DNA of 64,000 bases. Origin: a virus. Its lineage: Duplodnaviria; Caudoviricetes. The DNA is taken from positions 10,628-74,627 of IMG/VR virus record IMGVR_UViG_3300002185_000031, one strand, 5' to 3'. This document shows positions 55,912 to 64,000 of this stretch, piece after piece. Position 1 is the first letter of the stretch. Each line of letters opens with the position of its first letter. Under the pieces are notes generated by a model. It saw only the letters and a program-made list of their open reading frames with translations, was not told where the DNA came from and did no database searches. The translations under genes were made by a program, and so were the position numbers.

Positions 55912-56478
55912 TTGGAGGCTATTATGATTATCTTTGAAAAAACCCCCTATGGTGAAAGAAATATCGAACTTCAAGCAAGGCTTTTTGAAGATAGAATTAT
56001 CTGGCTCACAAGTCATATTAATGCCTTTAACGCCGAACAAATAGCACAACAAATGCAAATTCTTAATTTGCAAGATAATTCTAACATCAAATTTTATATC
56101 AACAGTCCAGGCGGAAGTGTCACAGATGGCTTAATGATTTATGACATTATGCACACAATCCGCCCGAAGGTTGATATATTTTGCGTTGGTCAATGCTGCT
56201 CGATGGCAGCAGTCCTCCTTGCGTCCGCAACAGGTACACGATATGCCTATGAAAATGCTACGATAATGATTCATAAAGTTTCAGCGGGTACTTTTGGCAA
56301 AGAGCCTGATATGGCTATATCGCTAGAACACACTCAAGCCTTAAACGACAGGCTTATGCGTATATTGGCAAGAAATACCAACAAAAGCATAGAGCAAATA
56401 TACACTGATACCGATAGAGATAAATTTTTTACTGCTAGGGAGGCTTTAGATTATGGTTTGGTTGATGTAATGATTTGA
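55912..56478 (+). CDS. clpP: ClpP protease subunit
   Basis: RLFEDRIIWL, YINSPGGSVTDG, CCSMAAVLL (Ser), IMIHK (His), DRDKF (Asp). Confidence 0.95.
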   Translation: MEAIMIIFEKTPYGERNIELQARLFEDRIIWLTSHINAFNAEQIAQQMQILNLQDNSNIKFYINSPGGSVTDGLMIYDIMHTIRPKVDIFCVGQCCSMAAVLLASATGTRYAYENATIMIHKVSAGTFGKEPDMAISLEHTQALNDRLMRILARNTNKSIEQIYTDTDRDKFFTAREALDYGLVDVMI

Positions 56479-56503
56479 CATTGTGTAATGGGTATGGCAT
56501 AAT
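56475..56503 (+). promoter_or_regulatory. Sigma-A promoter, family A, facing antisense into the spo0A-like gene
   Basis: TTGACA-ttgtgtaatgggtatgg-CATAAT. Confidence 0.7.
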
Positions 56504-56506
56504 AAT

Positions 56507-56848
56507 TCACAAGGCTTCTATTATAATTTTATCCGCAATAGTCGCAATCACCTCACTATTAGTTAATTTTCTACGGTAATTTTCGCCAAAAAGAGTTATC
56601 TTAAACTCGTCATCGCCTCTATCAAGCGATACTTCGATTGCGTGTCTTATCGCTCGTTGAACTCTGCTTGAAGTGGTATTATTTTTTTGTGCCACAGTCG
56701 GATATATCTCTTTCGTTACATAATCTAACGCCGACATATCCTCGATAGCCATAAGAACAGCATCACGCAAAAATCTGTAGCCTTTTATGTGGGCTGGTAT
56801 ACCTAGTTTGTCAATTACTTTTGTTACTTTCAAGATGTTGTTGTTCAT
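56507..56848 (-). CDS. spo0A: Spo0A C-terminal DNA-binding domain only (no receiver domain)
   Basis: LGIPAHIKGYRFLRDAV..VTKEIYPTVA..TTSSRVQRAIRHAIE..TNSEVIA. Confidence 0.93.
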   Translation of the reverse strand: MNNNILKVTKVIDKLGIPAHIKGYRFLRDAVLMAIEDMSALDYVTKEIYPTVAQKNNTTSSRVQRAIRHAIEVSLDRGDDEFKITLFGENYRRKLTNSEVIATIADKIIIEAL

Positions 56849-56974
56849 TTTCTATTCCTCCTTTTTCTTTGTTTTTATTCGCTTTTTTAAATATCATAGT
56901 CAACAAAATCAAAGCTAATATAGCGGATATAAAGCCCATACCAAACTATAATATTCCCATTGGAATTGTAAATG

Positions 56975-57193
56975 TCATTCTCTCTCAAAGTACCTTCCCA
57001 ATAATGTAGCAACAATTGGAAAAATTACTAACCCTATAAACAAACCAACAACACCTAACCAACCATTTTCCATAATCGTAACAAACAAAAGCAACGAAAC
57101 TGCTACAGCAATCCGGCGGTTGGTAAAATACAATTTATAGTTGTTTTTTAATCTTGTCATTCTTCTTCTCCTTTCTTTCTCCCAACAAATCAA
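56975..57193 (-). CDS. Two-TM membrane protein
   Basis: Hydrophobic helices; coupled to ssb. Confidence 0.55.
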   Translation of the reverse strand: MICWEKERRRRMTRLKNNYKLYFTNRRIAVAVSLLLFVTIMENGWLGVVGLFIGLVIFPIVATLLGRYFERE

Positions 57194-57681
57194 AACGGCA
57201 AATCATCATCATCCAAATCTTGGTCTATGGCAAAAAAGTTATCGCCCGGCGGAGGGGGCTGCTGCTGGCCATAGTTTTGCTGGGGCGGGGCATATTGCTG
57301 GGGCGGCTGGTTGTTATACTGGCCTTGATACTGGCCTTGGTTTTGATTTCTGCCTTCAAAGGCGGCTTTGCTTTCTGTAAAGTTTTGCTCTTCCAGCAGC
57401 ACCTCTGTAAACCATTGCCTCTGCCCGTTTTGCTCATATTGGCGTATTTGCAGCCTGCCTGAAACAAGCACCTGCATCCCTTTTTTAAAATACCGCTCGG
57501 CAAATTCTGCCGCTTTTCCAAAGCATGTGCAGTTAATAAAATCTGCATCAGGCTCGCCTTCACGCCGGCTGCGGCGGTTTACGGCTAGAGTATAGCGGGC
57601 AATAGCCATAGGCTCGGCGGCGTTGGAATAACGCACTTCGGGGTCTTTGGTCAAGCGACCAAGTAAAATTACACGATTCAT
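57190..57681 (-). CDS. ssb: Single-stranded DNA-binding protein
   Basis: MNRVILLGRLTKDPEVRY..DDDLPF. Confidence 0.98.
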   Translation of the reverse strand: MNRVILLGRLTKDPEVRYSNAAEPMAIARYTLAVNRRSRREGEPDADFINCTCFGKAAEFAERYFKKGMQVLVSGRLQIRQYEQNGQRQWFTEVLLEEQNFTESKAAFEGRNQNQGQYQGQYNNQPPQQYAPPQQNYGQQQPPPPGDNFFAIDQDLDDDDLPF

Positions 57682-57855
57682 TTCACCACTCCTTATGTAT
57701 AGTTATCGTATTTTATCTTCCTCTCGACATATCTTAGACCACTCTTTAAGTGTCAATCCATGCAAATATTTTGGATGTTTGCCTATCCTACATTGTACTT
57801 TGTACATTAGCCATGTGATTATTTTTTCGATTACATCCACATGAACCCACCTCTC

Positions 57856-58548
57856 TCAATAATAAAACGTATGATTTCCGTATACAAAAATCTTTGTACG
57901 ATTTTGGCTTGCCCAGCTTATGCCATGAATAGCGTTGGTGTTAAAGAACAACGCGCCTTGGCTGTAGTCTGTACCATTCAACGCCATTTCAATAGCTTCA
58001 AATTGCTCTTCTGTCGGTGTTGCTCTGTCAAAATTGCCGTCCCTGACAGGTTGAAATTGCATCGACTGGAGGATGACATCCTCTATTGTGTCAGGGAAAT
58101 ATGGGCTATATAGTCGATTCATAATAACATTCACCACAAGAATCATACCGCGCAACCCCTCACCCCTCGCCTCTGCCCATACTATCCGTGATAAAATATC
58201 GAGTTCATGTTCTGTCAGAGTGATATGTGCATAATCTGCACGCGCCTCTAAATCATCATACAACGCATCATAAGCCACGAACTCTACAAAACTATAATAT
58301 AATACAGGCGGCAACACTGCGGACGCACAGAGTGGCTCTATGTGCATTTTGAGAGGTGTTTCATATTCTGCATAATCCACAGCTGCATTTGTTTGGTTTA
58401 AATATTGCATATCATACATATGAGAAATATAAATCACTTGAGCGGCAAGAGTTTTATAATAAATGCAAAATATAAAAATCATTACCGCAAATAATGCGGG
58501 ACGTATGTCTTTTATTTTATTCATACGTATATCCTGCCCATTCGTCAC
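57856..58548 (-). CDS. SleB/CwlJ-like cell wall hydrolase (Hydrolase_2)
   Basis: LSRIVWAEARGE..VVNVIMNRL..FPDTIEDVI..QF..GALFF..YGNHTFY. Confidence 0.93.
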   Translation of the reverse strand: MTNGQDIRMNKIKDIRPALFAVMIFIFCIYYKTLAAQVIYISHMYDMQYLNQTNAAVDYAEYETPLKMHIEPLCASAVLPPVLYYSFVEFVAYDALYDDLEARADYAHITLTEHELDILSRIVWAEARGEGLRGMILVVNVIMNRLYSPYFPDTIEDVILQSMQFQPVRDGNFDRATPTEEQFEAIEMALNGTDYSQGALFFNTNAIHGISWASQNRTKIFVYGNHTFYY

Positions 58549-58912
58549 AAGTATCTTCTAAATCTACATACTGGGTAATATATTCTGATTTTCGATTTAT
58601 ACACACAAACTCATCGTACCCATCTGTATAGCGATGCTGACAATTCCCGCAAACTTGTAATTGGTTTTTGGTTATATCTTGTATTTTTATTATGTTTTCT
58701 TCTTCTTTTAATTTTTGTAATAGCGTTTTTTTATTCTCTTTCTTCACATTCCAAAACCCTAAAATAGTTAAGCCGCCCCATAATATAATATAATATATAC
58801 TATGGGATAATAGCAAGATACGAAAAATCAATGCATCCATTACGGAAAGTATCGTCAATAACAAAAGTAATATAGTTATTGTTAGGTATTGCCTTTTTCT
58901 TGTTTTATTCAT
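58517..58912 (-). CDS. Membrane protein with Cys-rich C-terminus
   Basis: Two TM helices; CGNCQH..C..DTCDEW. Confidence 0.65.
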   Translation of the reverse strand: MNKTRKRQYLTITILLLLLTILSVMDALIFRILLLSHSIYYIILWGGLTILGFWNVKKENKKTLLQKLKEEENIIKIQDITKNQLQVCGNCQHRYTDGYDEFVCINRKSEYITQYVDLEDTCDEWAGYTYE

Positions 58913-58967
58913 TTCATTACCTCAATCCTTGTATTCTCTTTACCAAATACGTATTCGACACAAAATA

Positions 58968-59297
58968 TTAAATATCCGTCCTTTTAATAAAATCTGGCTT
59001 TTCTGTCCGATGTTTCCAATATTTGCAACCTCCATTTGATGGGTTTAAATATTTTCCCAAAAACATAACTGTTGCATTTTTTCGTATGCATTTAGGATTG
59101 TGACACATAGAATCGTATTTTGATAATGCAAGCGTTCGTACCAACTTGGTACTATACCCTGTATAACAAACTCCATGCTCATTCTGGTAATGTGCTAAAT
59201 ACCAACTACCGTACCAACAACAATCGCCGCAAATTTTACCTTGTATTTTTCTTATTAATCTCCAAATTAGACCATTCATCTTCCTTTCATGCTCCAA
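58968..59297 (-). CDS. Cys-rich hypothetical protein
   Basis: CGDCCWY..GGCKYWK; likely start MNGLI. Confidence 0.6.
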   Translation of the reverse strand: MEHERKMNGLIWRLIRKIQGKICGDCCWYGSWYLAHYQNEHGVCYTGYSTKLVRTLALSKYDSMCHNPKCIRKNATVMFLGKYLNPSNGGCKYWKHRTEKPDFIKRTDI

Positions 59298-59602
59298 AAA
59301 AATGTATCAGCTTTTTTGTTTTGTTTCACCCACACGTAAACAATATCCTTGTATTGGAATCCCCATGCTGACATCACTTCTTAGGCTTGCGGTAATTTCG
59401 GGTCGGTTCCCCATAAGTATAGTATTGTGTGGTCTGTGCATAGATTGGGAATAGGTAAAGAGCATATTTCTTCTTGTGTCATTGTTGCATATGGCAATTC
59501 GGCTGTTCCGCGATGACCGCCGCCGCTTTCTTTATACTCTCAGGGTGGGTCACAATACAGAATTTCGTATTTGTTTTCGGTGTTATAGATATCTACAAAC
59601 AT
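59287..59602 (-). pseudogene. MT-A70-family adenine methyltransferase pseudogene
   Basis: KYEILYCDPP[frameshift]EYKESG..YATMTQEEICSLPI..LYLWGT.PKLPQA*EVMSAWGFQYK..VWVK; truncated. Confidence 0.85.
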
Positions 59603-59971
59603 TTAATCCCTCTCCTTTTCAATTTCAATTTTGTCTAAATATTTGCATAAATGACGTACAAATGTTTTATACTGTTTTCTCTGCTTTCTAGTTATCGGTT
59701 TGTATTTCCAATCGTAACCAAGATAAAAACTATTCCAATATCCTGAGCTATTTAATCTCAAATAAAACACTCTATAGTTCCCTAATCTCAATATTTGAGG
59801 TTGCAACCGATAAAGAAAAATCCTACGTTCTTTTGGACATTTTTCTGAAAAACTACCAGAAATTGGTGTGCTGTAGCGTAAGCACTTCACACGAAAACTT
59901 AACCCTCGAAAACACCCTTTTAATGTTATTGATGAATTAAATTCTTCTATTTCCAAACATGTGATTTTCAT
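59603..59971 (-). CDS. Hypothetical protein
   Basis: Co-oriented operon gene. Confidence 0.6.
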   Translation of the reverse strand: MKITCLEIEEFNSSITLKGCFRGLSFRVKCLRYSTPISGSFSEKCPKERRIFLYRLQPQILRLGNYRVFYLRLNSSGYWNSFYLGYDWKYKPITRKQRKQYKTFVRHLCKYLDKIEIEKERD

Positions 59972-59973
59972 TT

Positions 59974-60225
59974 TTAACTAGCCTCTAAATAAACATAATC
60001 TTCAAGCGGTTTTCCATCAATCAAAAATGATATGCAAGTATATCCTTCAATCATATCACTTCTAGTTATCTTAATCATCTCAAAAGCACTTTCATCCAAA
60101 TCTGGGTAATCGTTTCTGGCAATTTCGTATAATTCTTGCAAAGCAGGAAATTCCTTTATGTATCCGTATGACACGTAACATCTGGTGTGATGCTTGTTTG
60201 TCCAATAATATTTATGTAGTTTCAT
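59974..60225 (-). CDS. Hypothetical protein
   Basis: AAAGGAG RBS. Confidence 0.7.
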   Translation of the reverse strand: MKLHKYYWTNKHHTRCYVSYGYIKEFPALQELYEIARNDYPDLDESAFEMIKITRSDMIEGYTCISFLIDGKPLEDYVYLEAS

Positions 60226-60272
60226 CCCAATTCTCCTTTATCGTCAATCTCTGCCTATAAAATAATGATATC

Positions 60273-60470
60273 TTATTTTTTGGATTGTCTTTCGACTTCT
60301 GAATAAATTGCCGAAAACAATTCATTTTCAAAATTGTCTTGAGCAGTCATACACTCTTTGACAAGTGCATCCCAATCTATGTTTTGAGCGGTAATGTATT
60401 TTTCCATCAAATCAAACGCTCGTCTAAAGCTCGGCGCGTATTTTAACATTGGGGTTTGATTCATAATCAA
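60273..60470 (-). CDS. Hypothetical protein
   Basis: GGAG RBS. Confidence 0.6.
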   Translation of the reverse strand: MIMNQTPMLKYAPSFRRAFDLMEKYITAQNIDWDALVKECMTAQDNFENELFSAIYSEVERQSKK

Positions 60471-61086
60471 GCTCTCCTAACATAATTTTACTGCCTACTC
60501 CATAAGCCCATTCTTGAATATCTTTGTTCCTATCAAACATTTTATCAAGGATATCGCCGATAACATACAAAAGATATTCAGCCCTTTTATATTGCGGATG
60601 CGGAGAAAATGGTTCTACAAATGCTTTTTCTTTATACCATTTTAGAATAGCATCATACTTAACATCTAACCTTTTGCGCAAAAGGGCTTTTTCTCTTTCC
60701 TTCTGCTCTTTTTGTCTTTTTTTCTCCTCTCTCGCCAATCTGATATTATTCATTTCTTCCGAGCTAATACCCTCAACGGATAACCCAAATGCGCTTGCAA
60801 GGTTATCAATAGCCGCTGGAAATGACAAATGGCGAGTGTTCATCCAATAATTGATAACATTGCCTTTGGCATTGCATTTATGGCAAAAGAATACAGGCTC
60901 TTCTACTTTTAAGGTATCGCCACGGCTTGCATTGCAAAACATGCAAGCCGTGCGATTTCGTTTTATCTCTATGCCGTCATAAGCTAGGGCTTGGGTTAGA
61001 GTTATGGATTCTAGGATTGTTTCTTTGTCGATATAGTTCATTTCTTCACTCCTCATGTCCATGCAAATAAACCACTTCACTATCAT
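60424..61086 (-). CDS. CHC2 zinc-finger (primase N-terminus-like) protein
   Basis: TACMFCN..FFCHKCNAKGNVINYWM..LSFPAAIDNLASAFGL; no TOPRIM domain. Confidence 0.8.
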   Translation of the reverse strand: MIVKWFICMDMRSEEMNYIDKETILESITLTQALAYDGIEIKRNRTACMFCNASRGDTLKVEEPVFFCHKCNAKGNVINYWMNTRHLSFPAAIDNLASAFGLSVEGISSEEMNNIRLAREEKKRQKEQKEREKALLRKRLDVKYDAILKWYKEKAFVEPFSPHPQYKRAEYLLYVIGDILDKMFDRNKDIQEWAYGVGSKIMLGELDYESNPNVKIRAEL

Positions 61087-61708
61087 TCCCTATATTCTCA
61101 AGCAACCATCTATCAATTTTTTGCTTAGACATATGATTACTGATAACATTTAGCTCATACGAATATTCGCCAATCGCCCTTTTCTGTTGTATTTTTTCGG
61201 CAATTTCATCCTCGCAATAATTGGATTCTACGAGATACAAGTTATAATCCTTTGCCTCTATACCATCAAGATTATTGCAATCCGTAGCGTAAAAAACGGA
61301 TTTATCACCTATCCATATGTGATAGCAGCAGTTATCAACATTATGTTTTGTTTTTTCGGGCTTTATCGTGCAAAAATTTGGGTATACAGAACCGCCGCCC
61401 ATAATAAGTACATCAATATTGCGTTTATCTACTCCGCAATCAATTAAATCAGTCACTAGCCAATGAGGAACACCAAATCGAAGTGTCGGGCGTTCTGATG
61501 CTAGTTTTTTGATTGTAGAACAGTTAAAGTGATCGGAATGAATATGGCTCATCAAAACTAATCTTAACTTCTTATAATGCTCTCTCAACGCCTTAAAAGG
61601 AACGCCGCAATCAATCAAGATATTACTATTCACGATTACGGCGTTGCCTTTTGAGCCTGTTGCGATAATGTTATACATCTGCCAAATCCTTTGGAGGCAT
61701 ATCATCAA
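61046..61708 (-). CDS. MBL-fold metallo-hydrolase
   Basis: IIATGSKGNA, LIDCG, HIHSDH, YATD, VESNY, HMS, LHGH. Confidence 0.9.
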   Translation of the reverse strand: MMICLQRIWQMYNIIATGSKGNAVIVNSNILIDCGVPFKALREHYKKLRLVLMSHIHSDHFNCSTIKKLASERPTLRFGVPHWLVTDLIDCGVDKRNIDVLIMGGGSVYPNFCTIKPEKTKHNVDNCCYHIWIGDKSVFYATDCNNLDGIEAKDYNLYLVESNYCEDEIAEKIQQKRAIGEYSYELNVISNHMSKQKIDRWLLENIGNDSEVVYLHGHEE

Positions 61709-62354
61709 CCATTACAGGCGGCTCATCCACATATTCATTAAAATCTCCCTCTATGATATCCCCTGTTGGCAGATTATCCCCAATTTCCTCCGCTTCATAC
61801 ATGCCGCCTAATTCCTCAACAAACATCTCACGCAATGCTCGGCATTTAGCGACTTTTTCAAGCATTGTAGCGGGTGATGTGTTCCAGAATTTATTAGGTT
61901 TACCATCTTGTTTCTTTTTGACACATTCGCCGTATGATACACTAACATATTTCGGATATTTCAAGTCTTTGCGCCAAACTTCCGCCCATCCTCCGACAAC
62001 TTCTTCATTTGGCAGGTAAAACATGCCATCACGCTGCTGCATATCACCTTTTTCTGTTAAAACTATGATACCGCTTTTCATTCCATCATATTGCGGATGT
62101 TTTAACGCTCTTTTTAGGATTGCATCCTTGCCAACAACAACCGCAGCGGGTTCGTTGCCGTACTTAATGCAGTATGCTTCTTTGAGAAAAGGGTTTAGCC
62201 CTCGCACTTTACAAAGTTCAGAGAAAAATTTAAATTCTGCCATTGTGATTTTCGCATTTGTACCCACAATATAATTTTGCACTATTGTGGGCGTTAGCTT
62301 TACTTGATGCCCATCAACTTCAAATTGCACGGTAATTTCTTTTTTGTCTGACAT
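61671..62354 (-). CDS. RecT/Bet-family single-strand annealing recombinase
   Basis: GLNPFLKEAYCIKYG..VVGKDA..GGWAEV..W..PATMLEKVA..ALRE. Confidence 0.9.
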   Translation of the reverse strand: MSDKKEITVQFEVDGHQVKLTPTIVQNYIVGTNAKITMAEFKFFSELCKVRGLNPFLKEAYCIKYGNEPAAVVVGKDAILKRALKHPQYDGMKSGIIVLTEKGDMQQRDGMFYLPNEEVVGGWAEVWRKDLKYPKYVSVSYGECVKKKQDGKPNKFWNTSPATMLEKVAKCRALREMFVEELGGMYEAEEIGDNLPTGDIIEGDFNEYVDEPPVMVDDMPPKDLADV

Positions 62355-62366
62355 GATGTTAGCCTC

Positions 62367-63203
62367 CTATAATATTTTATACTCAATACCCAACTGTTTC
62401 ATAGCCCCCGCCAACTCTCGAACATCCCGCCGTTTGCCTGTAACCATAAACATCACAGAAATAACTTCTTCAGGGTCTTTTTCGGGCTTTTGCGGTTGCT
62501 GTATTGGTGGTGTTATCGGTGCAGCAACCTCATCAACTTTCGCAATAGCAGCTTGTTCAGCTTGTTTTCTCGCCTCCATTTCTTCCGCAAGCCGTTTTTG
62601 ATTTTCGATTGCCATTTTGCGATTTTTTACTATTGCGATAGCAGAAGATAGGTTAAGGTTTTGCTTGTATTCGACAAGTATCTCCACACTGTCTTCCATT
62701 GTTTCAATGGCGGCTATATCGTTTGCGATACCTTCTAAATACTCTTTGGCCTGTTTTTTGTAATTTGAGACTGCCGTTGATAGCGTGATATTTGGATTCC
62801 ACTGTTCAAAATTGACAATATCAATATTGAGAACTTGCTGCAATTCATTGAAATATTCCTCAATCTCGGCTTTTTTTTGGGCTTTGCGTTCGTTTTCTAC
62901 TTCATCAACACGGCTTTTTAGTGTAGTGTCGGCATATTTATATATGTCTGATACACAATCTTTGTATATCGCCTCAAAAGCCTCATATGGCTGCATTATT
63001 GCGGCTTTTAAATGTTTGCGCCGCTCTTCTAGGGCTGTGAAGTCTTTTGTTAGCTCTGCTCTGGTTTTTTTGACTTCTTTTATTGTTTCGTCAGTTACTG
63101 CAAGAGATAAGGCTTGTTCAACTTGCGATTGTATTTCTTGTTTTAGGGTTGCAAGCTGCTCTTCGATTATTGGTAGTTGTTTTAAGATTATTAAATTATC
63201 CAT
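62367..63203 (-). CDS. DUF1351-like (Gam/Mu-like coiled-coil) protein
   Basis: QLPIIEEQL..VKKTRAEL..LEERRK..IMQPYEAFE. Confidence 0.85.
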   Translation of the reverse strand: MDNLIILKQLPIIEEQLATLKQEIQSQVEQALSLAVTDETIKEVKKTRAELTKDFTALEERRKHLKAAIMQPYEAFEAIYKDCVSDIYKYADTTLKSRVDEVENERKAQKKAEIEEYFNELQQVLNIDIVNFEQWNPNITLSTAVSNYKKQAKEYLEGIANDIAAIETMEDSVEILVEYKQNLNLSSAIAIVKNRKMAIENQKRLAEEMEARKQAEQAAIAKVDEVAAPITPPIQQPQKPEKDPEEVISVMFMVTGKRRDVRELAGAMKQLGIEYKIL

Positions 63204-63399
63204 TATTTTCCACCTCGTCTATTATAAATTGACATTTTTTAGCAGGTGCAAGAATAATTTTGCCATCTACGAGCTCACAAATAGCCCATATACTCGTATC
63301 TTCGCTATCGCCCCATGTTAAAAATTTGTGGAATAATCCCTCAAAATCAACGAAATCTCGGTTTTTCTCGCAATAGTATTGCCCTTTTATTTTTCTCAT
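63196..63399 (-). CDS. Hypothetical protein
   Basis: GLFHKF..AICELVDGKI. Confidence 0.65.
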   Translation of the reverse strand: MRKIKGQYYCEKNRDFVDFEGLFHKFLTWGDSEDTSIWAICELVDGKIILAPAKKCQFIIDEVENNG

Positions 63400-63821
63400 A
63401 GTTTAATCTCCTTTATTTTCGCAATTTTACAATTTGTTTATCACTTCAAATCTCACAAGTTTACCATTATTTATCATGGCTATGCAATTATATTTTTTAC
63501 AAATTAAATCCACATCTGATAATGTCAAAATTTGTAGATTCAATTCGTTTATTTCTTTTAATGTCATTTATAACACGTCCTTTCTTTTGTCATATAGTCC
63601 AAAATTATACTAATTCTATAACTTTGCAAATTATAAGTAGCAAATTCAGCGTTATTGTGTCCGCTATACCTATCATATGGGTTGAAATCGTCATTATGCG
63701 ACAAAATGAGATTATAATGTACTTGCAGGATTTTTGTGCCTTCATATCGTTTTGTTTTACACTCGAGATATGACGTTAAGCGTTATTGTTGTGTTATCAC
63801 TCCCATTTTCTATTTTTCTAT

Positions 63822-64000
63822 CTAACAAAAGCCTTCATAGCGACGACTCGGACATCACAGTCATCATCAGCCAGCCCTTTTTCGATTATCTCAATCGGGC
63901 AGTCCTTGAGATTAGCGGCGGCGTTCATAGCGGCGGCTCGGACACGCCAATTATCATCAGCCAGCCCTTTTTCGATTATCTCAATCGGGCAGTCCTTGAG
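63822..64000 (-). CDS. HEAT/PBS-lyase-like repeat protein, 3' end (runs off the window)
   Basis: 90-nt tandem unit encoding LKDCPIEIIEKGLADDxxxVRxxAM. Confidence 0.85.

Noticed and set aside
47516-56474. Sporulation sigma-factor (E/K/G) promoters in the island
   Set aside because: Only partial CATA-type matches with wrong spacing seen by eye; needs a PWM scan.
63420-63810. Broken or small ORFs upstream of 63399
   Set aside because: Short or interrupted frames with no recognizable homology; cannot be called.
1-64000. Genome-wide stop-codon reassignment (to explain the internal TGA and TAG)
   Set aside because: Long conserved genes are uninterrupted in code 11 and several end normally at TGA (clpP, TGATG overlaps) or TAG.
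1-64000. tRNA genes, integrase/att sites, CI repressor
   Set aside because: None recognized in this window, so the temperate lifestyle is inferred only from antirepressors and morons.

Overview
A ~64 kb stretch of a contractile-tailed (PBSX/Xkd-like) phage or prophage, most likely of a spore-forming Clostridia/Bacillota host (inferred from Spo0A-C, SleB and sigma-A promoters). No integrase, tRNA or CRISPR array is visible. The minus strand, read right to left, carries replication/recombination genes (DUF1351, RecT, MBL hydrolase, CHC2 Zn-finger, SSB), SleB and receiver-less Spo0A, an early accessory block (MTase, RHH, macrodomain, BRO), then TerS, TerL, portal, protease, capsid, sheath, tube, tape measure, baseplate, three fibre genes and lysis. 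The neck and baseplate-hub genes are displaced to a second block after lysis. Two mobile elements sit in the packaging module: an IS1595 with TIRs, an 8-bp TSD and two passenger ORFs, and a non-autonomous IS200/IS605 tnpB. The most unusual part is a ~9 kb plus-strand island (47.5-56.5 kb) encoding Fe/Mn SOD, IscS, a ferritin-like protein, BclA-like proteins and ClpP. Three features there are missing from the ORF track: (i) a gene split by two tandem, ORF-less group I introns that splice to one 250-aa reading frame; (ii) a 75-aa four-CxxC protein with an in-frame UGA at a Cys position followed by a SECIS-like hairpin (selenoprotein candidate); (iii) a collagen/BclA-like fibre split into three in-frame genes at the same point of a repeat motif. 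There are also two phage-wide promoter/operator families, a covarying leader RNA on antirepressor cassettes and a candidate antisense sRNA. Protein assignments come from motif recognition by eye, not database searches.
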